64,000 bases of DNA from a bacterium (GCA_021785125.1 JAJYGF010000013.1:41413-105412); one strand, 5' to 3'; shown: positions 1 to 9,746, counted from the first letter of the stretch. Notes: a model not told the origin generated them from the letters alone. Program-made: numbers and translations.

Positions 1-24
1 TAATCGGCCTGGCATTACGCGGTC

Positions 25-582
25 TTGAATATGAAAATTAAACTTAATCTCATCCCTCAATACAAAAAAGAAGAATTGATCCGAGCCGCGCGTCTCCGGA
101 CTATTTTGAGATGGCAAACTGAAATCGGATTTATTCTGGCTATCTTTCTGGCGCTGCTCGTGAGTTTGAATTACATACTGCAATTCGATTTGACGGCGGC
201 TACCATGCCGATCAATTCCCAAAGCAAAGAAAAACAGGACAAGCTGGTTCAGTTTGCCGCAGAGTTCAAAGCGGTGAATGTCGAAGCGTCTCTGGATGAA
301 AATATCCAAAAAGATCAGCTGTATTGGTCGAGGCTATATATAAAGCTAAGCTCGCTCGCTCCGGACGGAATCAGTATGGCGAAAATGGCCAATAAGGACT
401 ATAAGGTCTTTCTGGCCGGCACCGCGGATACTCGCGATACGTTGATGAATTTTAAAGATAATCTGTCAAAAGATGATTGCTTTTCCGATATCAATCTGCC
501 GCTTTCAGATCTGGTTTTGCAGAACAATGTCGATTTCCAGATGGATTTTAATGTCAAAGAAAGTTGCGTGAAAAACAAATGA
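25..582 (+). CDS. pilN: Type IV pilus assembly protein PilN-like
   Basis: N-terminal motif KIKLNLIP followed by a single TM helix, ~185 aa; typical PilN architecture; followed by PilO-like gene with overlapping stop/start. Confidence 0.5.
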   Translation: MNMKIKLNLIPQYKKEELIRAARLRTILRWQTEIGFILAIFLALLVSLNYILQFDLTAATMPINSQSKEKQDKLVQFAAEFKAVNVEASLDENIQKDQLYWSRLYIKLSSLAPDGISMAKMANKDYKVFLAGTADTRDTLMNFKDNLSKDDCFSDINLPLSDLVLQNNVDFQMDFNVKESCVKNK

Positions 583-1229
583 AAGAATTCATAAGAAAAT
601 ACAAGTTGAATTTGTCGGTCTGCGCCTACCTGGTCGCGGTAGCTCTTGCTTTCTATTTCTTGTTCTTTCCGCTGGTGGACGGCATTCGAAGCAAGGCGGA
701 TGAAATCGAACGTAAGGAGATCGACGCCCAGATATATCAGGCGAAGCTCGACGGTATTCCGTCCATGGAGAAGAAATACGTTCTGGCCAAAGACGGGGAA
801 AGCAAGTTGGATGTGATCGTCCATGCCGACGGAGAAGTCGACATGATAAAAGAATTGGAAACGATGGCCGGGCAGACCGGCAATAAAATCCAATTTCAAG
901 TTCAGGACACCGCCGACGGCGCCGGAAAAAGCAAGCCGGCGGCCGGCAGCATAAAATCGAAGCTGTCGGACCAGAACTATCTTTCCATGCAGATCGCGCT
1001 GGAAGGAAGTTATGACGACCTGATATATTTTTTGCATAAGCTGGAGAATTACAAAGATTATATAAATGTCGTGAGCTTCAGCTCTGAAAAGATCCAGGCC
1101 GATAACGGCAGCGCCGCGCCGGCCGCCAACCAGCCGAATCCGTTTGCCGGTTCGCAGGCTAAAAGTTCCGCGCCAAGCCATGAAATATTGAATACGATAT
1201 TAGACGTCGTTGTTTATTTAAAAAAATGA
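564..1229 (+). CDS. Type IV pilus assembly protein PilO-like
   Basis: N-terminal TM, coiled-coil region then periplasmic domain; ~220 aa; position after PilN-like gene. Confidence 0.4.
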   Translation: MREKQMKEFIRKYKLNLSVCAYLVAVALAFYFLFFPLVDGIRSKADEIERKEIDAQIYQAKLDGIPSMEKKYVLAKDGESKLDVIVHADGEVDMIKELETMAGQTGNKIQFQVQDTADGAGKSKPAAGSIKSKLSDQNYLSMQIALEGSYDDLIYFLHKLENYKDYINVVSFSSEKIQADNGSAAPAANQPNPFAGSQAKSSAPSHEILNTILDVVVYLKK

Positions 1230-1552
1230 AGTTAGAATTTACAAACTTGCAAAACAAAATAAATTCCAAAGATCTCGTGGCCAAGTCGGCAAATTTTTTG
1301 AATCGGCGCGAAAAGGCCATTCTTATCGCGCTGTTTTTGGCCGCGTTGGCATATTGCGTTTATCTATGGTACGCCTATGCATACGATTTCAGCTGGGAAT
1401 CGGCCAAACGGCAGCAGTACATCGCCAGCCAGAACGATCAGACAAATCTTAACGAGGGTAAGCTTAACGGGGTTTTGGGAAATATTGATGCCCGTCAGAA
1501 AGAATTCGGCCAAGATATCAACGGGCCGGCGGATTTTTTCAGGTTGAAATAA
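1226..1552 (+). CDS. Small membrane protein, last gene of pilus assembly operon (PilP position)
   Basis: 4-nt overlap (ATGA) with upstream gene, N-terminal TM segment, followed by hairpin terminator. Confidence 0.35.
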   Translation: MKLEFTNLQNKINSKDLVAKSANFLNRREKAILIALFLAALAYCVYLWYAYAYDFSWESAKRQQYIASQNDQTNLNEGKLNGVLGNIDARQKEFGQDINGPADFFRLK

Positions 1553-1587
1553 AAACAACCCCGGCGCGGAGTTGTTTTTATTTTTTT
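1552..1587. terminator. Rho-independent terminator (AAAACAAC-loop-GTTGTTTT plus T-run), probably bidirectional
   Basis: Perfect 8-bp inverted repeat flanking GC-rich loop followed by T-run; sits between convergent pilus operon and tRNA array. Confidence 0.5.
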
Positions 1588-1588
1588 G

Positions 1589-1661
1589 TGCGCTGGGCAG
1601 GAATCGAACCTGCGACCAATAGCTTAGAAGGCTACTGCTCTATCCACTGAGCTACCAGCGC
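1589..1661 (-). tRNA. tRNA-Arg (anticodon UCU)
   Basis: Reverse complement folds as cloverleaf: acceptor GCGCTGG/CCAGCGC, D-arm GCTCAGTGGATAGAGC, anticodon loop CTTCTAA, T-arm GCAGGTTCGATTCCTGC; CCA not encoded. Confidence 0.85.
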
Positions 1662-1693
1662 TCAATTTTCGCATGCCAAGAAATCTGCAAGGG

Positions 1694-1765
1694 GGCGACT
1701 ACTGGGAATCGGACCCAGGTCCCAAGTGCCACAAACTCGTGTTCTGCCATTGAACTATAGTCGCC
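1694..1765 (-). tRNA. tRNA-His (anticodon GUG) with encoded G-1
   Basis: Acceptor GCGACTA/TAGTCGC, extra 5' G(-1) opposite discriminator C73 (bacterial His identity), anticodon loop TTGTGGC, T-loop TCCGATT; CCA not encoded. Confidence 0.8.
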
Positions 1766-1800
1766 ACTCTGAAGACTTCTTTTTTTGTTCGATCTTAGTG

Positions 1801-1873
1801 TGCATCCAGCTGGACTCGAACCAGCGACCGTTTGCTTAAGAGGCAACTGCTCTACCGACTGAGCTATGGATGC
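1801..1873 (-). tRNA. tRNA-Lys (anticodon CUU)
   Basis: Acceptor GCATCCA/TGGATGC, D-arm GCTCAGTCGGTAGAGC, anticodon loop CTCTTAA, T-arm GCTGGTTCGAGTCCAGC. Confidence 0.8.
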
Positions 1874-1886
1874 GTGATTTATTCGG

Positions 1887-1959
1887 TGCGCTCGGCAGGA
1901 ATCGAACCCACAACACCTTGGTCCGAAGCCAAGTGCTCTATCCGTTGAGCTACGAGCGC
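1887..1959 (-). tRNA. tRNA-Arg (anticodon UCG)
   Basis: Acceptor GCGCTCG/CGAGCGC, D-arm GCTCAACGGATAGAGC, anticodon stem CTTGG/CCAAG with loop CTTCGGA, T-loop TTCGATT. Confidence 0.75.
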
Positions 1960-2036
1960 CTGTCGGATCAAAGAAACCCGAGGACAATATGGCCATATTA
2001 ACAAAAAAAGCGCGGCTAGTCAATCAATGGAGGTTT

Positions 2037-3284
2037 TTAGCGGGATTTTTTCGATGAAGTTTGGTCGGGATGCGGATATTTGCTGGGAGAATCATAATTG
2101 CTGTTGAAGACATCCGCTCGGATAAGTTTGCCGTCGGTTCCGAACACCTGTTGCGTGAAGGTGGCCTTCATGGATCCGTCGGGATTTCTTTCCAGAATTT
2201 TGGGGCCGATCACGTTGACTTTCCTTCCGTCGTCGGTCCCGTAGAATTGAAAAATGAGTTGTGTGCCGGATATCTTCGTTTGGATGAGGATGTATCCCGG
2301 CGTGTCATTGATGAATCGCAGATCGGGCTGGGGGATATATACGGTAGCGTCCATGCCTTGCGGATCGTAGTAGCTGACCGGGTAAGCATGGTTTACTCGC
2401 TCGGTGATTTTCAGTCCGCTGTAGATGGCTGCTCGGAAAGCGGTGGTAGAAACCTGGCAGATCCCGCCTCCGAATTCCGGTTCGGTCTTGTTTTGTTTGA
2501 TTACCAGTTCCGGCAGATAGCCGTGTTCGGCATCCACCGGTCCTAATATTTTCACGAAAGAAAATTCTTCGCCGGGCTTGATGAGCACTCCGTTGAAACG
2601 TTCGGTAGCCACTTGAATATTGAAGACTCTGTTTCTCGGAGAGCCGCGAAAATCGGAATGTCCCTCTCCGATGAGCGAAGTGATGCCCAGGTTGTCGATG
2701 GAATCGGTCGAAATATCCGGATTTTTTTCGACATAAGGCAGAGAGACGGACGGATCCGGCTGTCTTTTGGACAGATAGTCAATCAGAACGGTGACGCTTT
2801 TTGTTTTGTCCAGCTTGATGCCTTTCTGGCTAAGCGAGAAAACAGAAGCCCGTCCGTCCGTTATTGTCAATTTCGCGTCCACCGGATCACGGTCCGCTTG
2901 CCTGGCGATGTCATCGACATATCGACTGACCGCATCTTTATCGACATACAGATGCGTGGCCAATTGAATGTGATTGTCATTTTTGTCACTGAAAGTCAAG
3001 GCGCATACGACAGATTTCTTGTATTTGCAAAAGTCGTCATTTTCTATTTCGGAACGGTAGCTTGGATTGTAATCGAGATCGCTTTTGGACGAGATCCATC
3101 CGGCAATCTCGGAGGCCGGAAGCACGGTTGAAAAGCCCCCGACATTTATGGTTAGGTCGCGCACGAATCCGGTCGGATCGTCGCCGGCAAAAGATCCCAA
3201 TGGAACGGTTTCGGCGCCAGCCGGTTTCATGCTCGGCAAGGCGATGACAAAAAGGAATAAAAAAAGTTTTATCATGTTTCGCAT
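2037..3284 (-). CDS. VanW-family protein (secreted/lipoprotein-like)
   Basis: Conserved VanW motif GGGICQVSTTAFRAAIYSGL; likely start at internal MIKLFLFLFVIALPS signal peptide (the longer ORF to 3338 adds a non-signal extension). Confidence 0.7.
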   Translation of the reverse strand: MRNMIKLFLFLFVIALPSMKPAGAETVPLGSFAGDDPTGFVRDLTINVGGFSTVLPASEIAGWISSKSDLDYNPSYRSEIENDDFCKYKKSVVCALTFSDKNDNHIQLATHLYVDKDAVSRYVDDIARQADRDPVDAKLTITDGRASVFSLSQKGIKLDKTKSVTVLIDYLSKRQPDPSVSLPYVEKNPDISTDSIDNLGITSLIGEGHSDFRGSPRNRVFNIQVATERFNGVLIKPGEEFSFVKILGPVDAEHGYLPELVIKQNKTEPEFGGGICQVSTTAFRAAIYSGLKITERVNHAYPVSYYDPQGMDATVYIPQPDLRFINDTPGYILIQTKISGTQLIFQFYGTDDGRKVNVIGPKILERNPDGSMKATFTQQVFGTDGKLIRADVFNSNYDSPSKYPHPDQTSSKKSR

Positions 3285-3375
3285 GCGTAAAGAATACCGT
3301 AAATCAGCGACGAAATCAATCTCAAAAATAAAAAACACCCCGCGACATGCCGGCAGGATGTTTCAAGCTTTTTAT

Positions 3376-3906
3376 TTAGAAGCCGCGAACCTGTATTTTC
3401 TTGGTTTTGGTGTTGTCGGCTTTCGGCAAGCGGATGGTCAAAATGCCGTTTTTCATCGAAGCTTCAGCCTTGTCCGCCAATACGTCCACTGGCAAAATGA
3501 CCGAGCGGGAAAAAGTGCCCCAATAACATTCCTGGTAATAATAATTTTCTTCTCCGACCATTTCATCATTTTTTCTTTCGCCACGGATGCTGACCATGTC
3601 GTTGTTGATGCTGACATCCAGATCTTCCGGCTTCACTCCGGCTATGGTCGACTTGATGACGATGTCGTTATCTGTCTGATAAACGTCAATCGTAAGCTGG
3701 CCTTCGCTGTCATCTCCGGACGAGAAACTTTCTTCCGACTGGACATTCAGGCTTTTTTTGGATTGGGGGGAGATTATCGTTTCGGCCTCCTCTTCTTCGT
3801 ATATGTTGGCCAGCGGCCTGATCGGCGTTTCATATTCTTCGTTATTGTCTTCGATGCGCGTAGAGCCCGTTAATTTTTCAAAAAATGACCTTTTTACTTT
3901 GACCAT
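3376..3906 (-). CDS. Hsp20/alpha-crystallin family small heat-shock protein
   Basis: ACD core with ...VSINNDMVSIRGER...GILTIRLPK signature, acidic N-terminal region. Confidence 0.85.
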   Translation of the reverse strand: MVKVKRSFFEKLTGSTRIEDNNEEYETPIRPLANIYEEEEAETIISPQSKKSLNVQSEESFSSGDDSEGQLTIDVYQTDNDIVIKSTIAGVKPEDLDVSINNDMVSIRGERKNDEMVGEENYYYQECYWGTFSRSVILPVDVLADKAEASMKNGILTIRLPKADNTKTKKIQVRGF

Positions 3907-3991
3907 TTATTTTTTTTAAAAAGTTATTTGTTATCTGACATTATTATAATTTAGTCTGGCGCATTTGGCAAATATGTTCGGCAGCCGCAAT

Positions 3992-4558
3992 CTAGGCGCT
4001 GTTCGGCTTCAATCTGCGGCCCAAAAACACCAAGAAAAGATAAGTTATCCCCAGGAACGCATAGGTGAAAACGTACGGCTGTTCATAGATCACCATGAGA
4101 TTGTAGGAGAGGTGCCAAATGAAAGCGAAAGAAATGGTTGTTGCCGTGCGCGCGAAAGACCCGTTCCAGCCATGAATTATGGATATGCCGATGAACAAGG
4201 CAGTGGCGATATGCAGGAGTAAGGCGCCGATGATGCCCGGATCAGGATAAGCCGTACGATTGAGCGCGGCATTTGAAAAGGCGAAAAACAATTCGACGGA
4301 AGCAAAACCCAAGCCGGCGAACAAAGCGCCCGAGATTTTTTTTTGGATTTCGCCGGCATAAAATTTTTCGAGCATTATAAATTTCGCGCTTTCTTCCAGG
4401 AGTACGACCACGAGAAGGAAAAGGGTTATCCGATTGAAATAATTGACCTCAATGTCTTGTCCGGACAGAATGAAATAGAGATTGGATACCAGCATTTCAA
4501 AGATCAGCGCTCCGGAAGCGGCGATTATCCCGAATAAAAATGGTTTCAACTTATTCAT
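3992..4558 (-). CDS. Polytopic membrane protein, possibly PrsW/CPBP-like intramembrane protease
   Basis: Multiple TM helices; EESAKF and conserved His residues reminiscent of PrsW EExxK...H motifs; start overlaps tsaD stop by 4 nt. Confidence 0.35.
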   Translation of the reverse strand: MNKLKPFLFGIIAASGALIFEMLVSNLYFILSGQDIEVNYFNRITLFLLVVVLLEESAKFIMLEKFYAGEIQKKISGALFAGLGFASVELFFAFSNAALNRTAYPDPGIIGALLLHIATALFIGISIIHGWNGSFARTATTISFAFIWHLSYNLMVIYEQPYVFTYAFLGITYLFLVFLGRRLKPNSA

Positions 4559-5625
4559 CGGTCTGACATTTTCAAATTAGCGTCGGTCTTGGTGTTTTTC
4601 CAACCGTCCGACAATCCGCGGAGGCCGGTTTTTTGGCAGCGGAAGTACGCGGCCGCTGCGATCATGGCGGCATTGTCCAATTGGAAAGCCGGTTCCGGGC
4701 AAGAAAATAGCGTGTTCGGAAAATTGTGCTTTACGGCTTCTTGCAGCTGTTTCTGCAGTTCGAGATTGGCGCTGACGCCGCCGGCAACAAGAATGCTCCT
4801 TGGTCCGTATTTTTTGGCCGCCGCGATTGTTTTGGCGGTCAGCACATCGATGACAGCTTGCTGAAACTCGCGACTCATGGACGAAATAAAATCAGGATTT
4901 TTCTTGAAGTCTTCATTTTTTTTCGTAGCGTAGAGCGCCGCCGTCTTCAGGCCGGAAAAGGAAAAATTAAAATCTCCGGAATTTATCATTGGGCGAGGAA
5001 GGCTTATGTCGTAATCTCTGGCGAATTTTGACGGCTGTTTTTGTGCTTCCGATGCTATAGCCGGGCCGCCCGGATAGCCCAAATCCAAAATTCTGGCCAC
5101 TTTGTCGAAAGCTTCGCCGACCGCGTCATCTTGCGTTTCGCCGATAATTCTGTAGTCCAGATGGTCTTCCATAAGAATCAGCTGCGTGTGGCCGCCGGAA
5201 ACGACCAGTGTCAAAACGGGAAAAGGGATGTCCGTGTCACGCTTCCCGATAAAGTTGGCGTAGATGTGTCCTTCAATGTGATGAATGCCGATGAGGGGTT
5301 TTTTCCAGGCATAGGCCAACGTTTTGGCGGCGGCGGTGCCGACCAGCAGTGCCGGAATAAGGCCGGGTCCGGAAGTGACGGCAATAAGATCGATCTCGTT
5401 CTTTCCGATTCCGGCCGTATCCAAGGCGGATTCGATCACCGGCAGAATATTTTTCAGATGTTCCCGGGCCGCCAGATTGGGAACCACACCGCCCCAGCGG
5501 GCATGCAACTTGATTTGCGAAGAAACCATGTTGGACAGCGGCTTGGCGAAGCCGTCAGTCCGGCTTATTCGGATGACGGAAGCGGATGTTTCATCGCATG
5601 ATGTTTCGATGCCGAGAATAATCAT
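4555..5625 (-). CDS. tsaD: tRNA N6-adenosine threonylcarbamoyltransferase TsaD (Kae1/Gcp family)
   Basis: N-terminal MIILGIETSCDETSASV, HxxxH metal-binding (HHIEGH), ASKHA fold motifs throughout. Confidence 0.9.
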   Translation of the reverse strand: MIILGIETSCDETSASVIRISRTDGFAKPLSNMVSSQIKLHARWGGVVPNLAAREHLKNILPVIESALDTAGIGKNEIDLIAVTSGPGLIPALLVGTAAAKTLAYAWKKPLIGIHHIEGHIYANFIGKRDTDIPFPVLTLVVSGGHTQLILMEDHLDYRIIGETQDDAVGEAFDKVARILDLGYPGGPAIASEAQKQPSKFARDYDISLPRPMINSGDFNFSFSGLKTAALYATKKNEDFKKNPDFISSMSREFQQAVIDVLTAKTIAAAKKYGPRSILVAGGVSANLELQKQLQEAVKHNFPNTLFSCPEPAFQLDNAAMIAAAAYFRCQKTGLRGLSDGWKNTKTDANLKMSDR

Positions 5626-5755
5626 AAAATTTTAAGTCCGATTAGCGTATGTTTAAGGCGGTCTGTTGGTATTATAGGTTATTCGAGATTCTCATACAAA
5701 TATAGTCCGACCGGCCGACGTAGTGAAATATTTTTTTAATATTTAAGTAATAATT

Positions 5756-6397
5756 ATGTCTAGCGTCAAATTGTCGGATGTGAAGAGAAAAGCTGGTTTG
5801 ATCGTCAGGCCGGAGAGCGATGCAAATGACAATGAAGTGGTGAAATCCGTGCGAGACGGCGAGCGCGAACTGTACGCTGTAATCATTGAAAGATACCAAG
5901 GGAAATTGTTCGCCTATCTTTATCGTTTGGTCGGCGGGCGAGAAGAGGCTGAAGATCTTCTGCAGGACGTTTTCATCAAGGCGTTTAAAAATCTCAACAG
6001 CTATGATTCGAATCGTAAGTTTTCTTCCTGGATATATCGCATCGCTCACAATGAAGCGGTCAACTATATCAAGCGGAAATCTCTGAAAAAATTCATTTCA
6101 TGGGAAGATGTGACTTCGACCAAGGACAAATTGGCTGGCAATAGTACGGAAGAGAGCGTGGATAATATCTGGATGAAAAAAGAGGCGATCCGCGAAGTGA
6201 ACGAAGCAATCGACAAGCTGCCCATCAAGTACAAACAAGTCCTTCTCTTGAGATATTATTCGGAAAAATCTTATGAAGAGATCGGCGAGATTCTGCGCAA
6301 ACCGGTGAATACCGTGGGCACATTGATCAATCGCGCCAAGAAAAAGATGGCCGAAGAGATGGAGCGATTGGAAAATAACAAACTGAAAAAAAGTTAG
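5756..6397 (+). CDS. ECF-type RNA polymerase sigma-70 factor
   Basis: Sigma-70 region 2 (DLLQDVFIKAF...FSSWIYRIAHNEAVNYIKRK) and region 4 HTH (YEEIGEILRKPVNTVGTLINRAKKKM). Confidence 0.85.
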   Translation: MSSVKLSDVKRKAGLIVRPESDANDNEVVKSVRDGERELYAVIIERYQGKLFAYLYRLVGGREEAEDLLQDVFIKAFKNLNSYDSNRKFSSWIYRIAHNEAVNYIKRKSLKKFISWEDVTSTKDKLAGNSTEESVDNIWMKKEAIREVNEAIDKLPIKYKQVLLLRYYSEKSYEEIGEILRKPVNTVGTLINRAKKKMAEEMERLENNKLKKS

Positions 6398-6619
6398 ATG
6401 CGTAACAATGAAATAGAAAAGCGTTATGAAGGGGATGTCTGCGATGCGGTCATGCGCCGGATACGCGAAGAAAATATCAAGATACGTCCGCGTGGATTTT
6501 TTTTGGCAGAAGATCTGATCGCACGCGGCATGATGGTGTTCGGTATGTTTGCCGCAATTTTGCTCGTTTTGGATATTTTTGCGCGTATGTTCGGATATGT
6601 CCATGCCACGGGCTTTTGA
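6398..6619 (+). CDS. Small membrane protein, putative anti-sigma factor
   Basis: Start codon immediately follows sigma factor stop (translational coupling); C-terminal TM helix. Confidence 0.3.
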   Translation: MRNNEIEKRYEGDVCDAVMRRIREENIKIRPRGFFLAEDLIARGMMVFGMFAAILLVLDIFARMFGYVHATGF

Positions 6620-6933
6620 TGATAAAATTTCCGGAAGGCCTGTTCCTGTCATTTAAGAAATAAAAAGCCCGTCCGATTCAATATCGAGCGGGCCTTACTG
6701 TCCTTGCGAACTGTTCTTTTCTAATTCTTTTTCTTCGACCACCTCCTTCTTTTTTTACCCCGGCTATTTTTATTTTCAGCCAGGCGTTTCATGGTTCCAT
6801 AAATCACCTCATTGGTCATTTCGAAGGATATCCTTCCTTTGTTGAAAGCGTGACCCAACGCGATGGCGCAACCTCTGCAAGCCCGTAGTCCTTTCTTTTT
6901 GGTGCTGGCGTAGAGGTTTTTGTTTTCTTATTC

Positions 6934-7482
6934 TCAGATGGGGCAGGTACCGCCTTCTATGAGTACCTTGGCAACGCGCCGGTGGTTTGAACTTTTCATC
7001 GATATGGTGCGATACCTTTCTTTCATCGCTTTTTGCTTTTCTTCTTTTGCCACAATCCGCAAGGGTGTTTCCGGCGGATCTTCCATACAAACATGGGAAT
7101 AAGCGGACCGAATCAAATCGGAAGGTCTGGCTGGTTGGTAAGTGCTTCGCCCTTCTTGTTCGCTTGTGCGGACAATGAGAAAATCTTCTCGTGACATGCA
7201 CATACGATTTACGATTTTAACAAGGTTTGTTTTCGGCAGGCCGATGCAATCGGTCCAGTGGGGAAATCTGCGCCTGAAATATGAGTAAAGCTCATCGATG
7301 CTTTTCGGATAGTTGCTTATGAAGCGTTGGAGCGCTTTCATTCTTATATAACCGATATGCACGAAGTTCCATGCACCACCCAGTTCGCCGAGAACAGCCT
7401 CCTGTTCGTTGTTAAAGATCTTGATGGCGGAAAAATTTTCGTATCCCGTGTAATACTTTATCTTGCCGATCTCTGCCACCAT
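6934..7482 (-). CDS. Hypothetical protein, possibly 5' portion of a frame-disrupted gene
   Basis: AGGAGG RBS precedes internal ATG (MVAEIGK...); downstream, two further frames (6809..7201 and a 32-codon ORF ~6713..6811) continue without intergenic space, suggesting frameshift decay. Confidence 0.3.
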   Translation of the reverse strand: MVAEIGKIKYYTGYENFSAIKIFNNEQEAVLGELGGAWNFVHIGYIRMKALQRFISNYPKSIDELYSYFRRRFPHWTDCIGLPKTNLVKIVNRMCMSREDFLIVRTSEQEGRSTYQPARPSDLIRSAYSHVCMEDPPETPLRIVAKEEKQKAMKERYRTISMKSSNHRRVAKVLIEGGTCPI

Positions 7483-7635
7483 GACTGCCTCCTTTGGCAA
7501 AATGGGGTTCAAGAATTAATGTTTTCTTAATCTTAAGCTAACAGCAAAAGATCTGTCAAATAGATCATCAATCTTATTTTAATGGAAATATCCAACTAAC
7601 AAGTGTTTCTAAGGTATAAAAACAAAGCTTGTCGT

Positions 7636-7666
7636 AGCCTTATTTTAATTTGTACCGCGTAGGGGA
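7636..7666. repeat. Degenerate copy of tRNA-Glu 3' end plus flanking island-end sequence (copy C)
   Basis: agccttattttaatttgtaccgcgtagggga resembles copy at 9747..9782 and the tRNA-Glu 3' end at 11353..11373; marks GC-content transition. Confidence 0.5.
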
Positions 7667-7734
7667 CAAGTTCAGAACTCTCGATTGGGTTAAGATTAGT
7701 AAAGAATTGCGGATATGGATGGATTTGAAAAGTA

Positions 7735-8769
7735 TTACTGCTTAATATTAATGCCAGTATCAGCAATAGTATTCAAAATATCGTTTGAATTGATAACAAA
7801 TCCAATGAACCTTTCGAATCCTACTCCAAATCCACCACGCACTAAATCGCCCTCTTCTTTAAACAAATTAAAGTACTCTTCAAATGGCATTATTGGGTCC
7901 TGATTCTTATCAGCGATAAATTTTCCTATTTTTGAATTCAAAAGATATTTTTTGATTTTATCGCCATCTTCTTCGCGTACTGCGCCACCAACCGTTTCGC
8001 CTAGAGGAGGGAGAAGCAAATCGAAACTAAATGTTTTTTGACCATCCTTTGTGCGTTTCATATTAAAAAATTTCAGCTTTGTTGGGTGATATGTTATAAA
8101 TGTTGGCACATTATTAAATGACTGCAGAATAAATCTTTCTTCCCTAATTCCCATGTCGTCACCGAATTTATAATGATTCAGATACTTTTTATTAAGTATG
8201 TCTATGGCTTGGTCATATGTAATAATGTTGAAAGGAATATGCGTGATTTTCTGCAAATAATCAACATCTCCTCCAAGTAAACTAAGTTCCCTTCGATTTT
8301 TTAATAATAATTCATCCGTAACTGTTTTAATTATTTGTTCTGCCTGCTTTATGATATTATTCAAAACTCTTTCAGGTTTTTGATTGCCATAAGGTCGTTC
8401 CGGTTCAATAAGGGTAAACTCAGAAAGTCTTCGATTTTTTGATTCTGGATCGTCGTAATTTTCTTCTCTAAAGCTATTATTGACAGTATAAAATCCTTTT
8501 CTTAGGCGCAGGACCAGCGCCTCAAGTTGTAGTTGGGCGCTTTGTGACAAATGGGCCTCACGGCCATAATAGTTCAACTTGAACGAGGCGTGAGGATTTT
8601 CGCAAGAGCCTGCAATATTTACTAGTGATGCCGTTGCAACCTCGTTGTATCCCAGCTTGCACAGTTCCTCGCGAAACGCAAGAAGTGCATTCGTTCTTAT
8701 GGAAGTCAGGGCGGCAAATCTGTCTTTGCTGAAAGTTCCCAGCCTTGTGGTAAAATTATCCTTTTGCAT
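7735..8769 (-). CDS. AsnRS/AspRS-like class II catalytic-core paralog lacking anticodon-binding domain (AsnA-like aspartate-ammonia ligase type)
   Basis: Class II motif 2-like FREENYDD...EFTLIEPE and motif 3 GGFGVGFERFIGFV; parallels aspS in this window (FITYHPTKLKFFNMKR vs FLTHYPSAIRPFYSMP) but starts directly in the catalytic domain. Confidence 0.65.
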   Translation of the reverse strand: MQKDNFTTRLGTFSKDRFAALTSIRTNALLAFREELCKLGYNEVATASLVNIAGSCENPHASFKLNYYGREAHLSQSAQLQLEALVLRLRKGFYTVNNSFREENYDDPESKNRRLSEFTLIEPERPYGNQKPERVLNNIIKQAEQIIKTVTDELLLKNRRELSLLGGDVDYLQKITHIPFNIITYDQAIDILNKKYLNHYKFGDDMGIREERFILQSFNNVPTFITYHPTKLKFFNMKRTKDGQKTFSFDLLLPPLGETVGGAVREEDGDKIKKYLLNSKIGKFIADKNQDPIMPFEEYFNLFKEEGDLVRGGFGVGFERFIGFVINSNDILNTIADTGINIKQ

Positions 8770-8937
8770 AATGTTTAAATGAAATTATTTCTTAATAGGG
8801 TAATTATCGAGTCTTAATGTCAAATTAGTCAACACTAATTTTAATTATTTATATTAAATAAGCCAAAATATGCTAATATATAATAAATTGGCGTCAAAAA
8901 TATTGACATTTATTATTTAAAATGCTAACGTTTATCC

Positions 8938-9687
8938 ATGGATATCAAAGCGACTTTACAAAAAATAGGCTTGAGTAAAAAAGAGGCAGATATATATTTG
9001 ACCTGTCTTGAATATGGCCCCACGACCATTACAAATATTGCCAGATTGTCCGGCTATAAACGGCCGACACTTTACAATTTAATGGAAGGATTACTGCAAA
9101 AAGGATTTGTAATTATAGTTAGAAGAAATAGTAAAACATACTATGATGTCGAGAAGCCAAAGCGCTTGCTTACTGTTTTACATGCCAGGGAAAAGGAGTT
9201 AGAGCAAGCGTTGCCAGAGCTGGAAATAATTAAAAATCGCAAACAGCCGCTACCGGAAGTAGAGATATACGATGCTGATGAGGCAATAAAAAATTTATAC
9301 GATGATATTTATAACCAATTAAACAGTCGTACTGAAACTTGTTTTCTTACTTCAATTTCTGATCTAAAAACGTATGCCCCGCATATCCTAGAGTCATATA
9401 TGTCGAAAATTAAAAATAAAAATTATATTATAAGGGAATTAATCTTTGATGATGAACAGGGTTGCAAATATGCCAAGGAAATGAAGGCATTAAATATTAA
9501 ACATGAAATAAGATTATTGCCGAACGATTTTCCAATATACAATGATATTGCTTTATATAATGGGAAGGTTTCAATTTTTTCTTTTAAAATACGCAGTTCA
9601 GCAACTATGATCGATAATTTGGAAATTGCCGCAACACTTAAAAGTCTGTTTGAATGGGCTTGGGTTAATGGAAAAAACATAAAATAA
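8938..9687 (+). CDS. TrmB-family transcriptional regulator
   Basis: N-terminal wHTH LSKKEADIYLTCLEYGPTTITNIARLSGYKRPTLYNLMEGLLQKGFV typical of TrmB; divergent to AsnA-like gene. Confidence 0.65.
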   Translation: MDIKATLQKIGLSKKEADIYLTCLEYGPTTITNIARLSGYKRPTLYNLMEGLLQKGFVIIVRRNSKTYYDVEKPKRLLTVLHAREKELEQALPELEIIKNRKQPLPEVEIYDADEAIKNLYDDIYNQLNSRTETCFLTSISDLKTYAPHILESYMSKIKNKNYIIRELIFDDEQGCKYAKEMKALNIKHEIRLLPNDFPIYNDIALYNGKVSIFSFKIRSSATMIDNLEIAATLKSLFEWAWVNGKNIK

Positions 9688-9746
9688 GCATTCAGCATAA
9701 GAAGTTCTGACATCCCTTTGGGGTATAAAAAAATAAGCCTCAAAAA

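Noticed and set aside
1652-2023. 123-aa ORF on minus strand
   Set aside because: Lies entirely over the four-tRNA array; its codons are the tRNA sequences themselves.
6098-6652. 184-aa minus-strand ORF
   Set aside because: Antisense to the clearly conserved ECF sigma factor and its coupled downstream gene.
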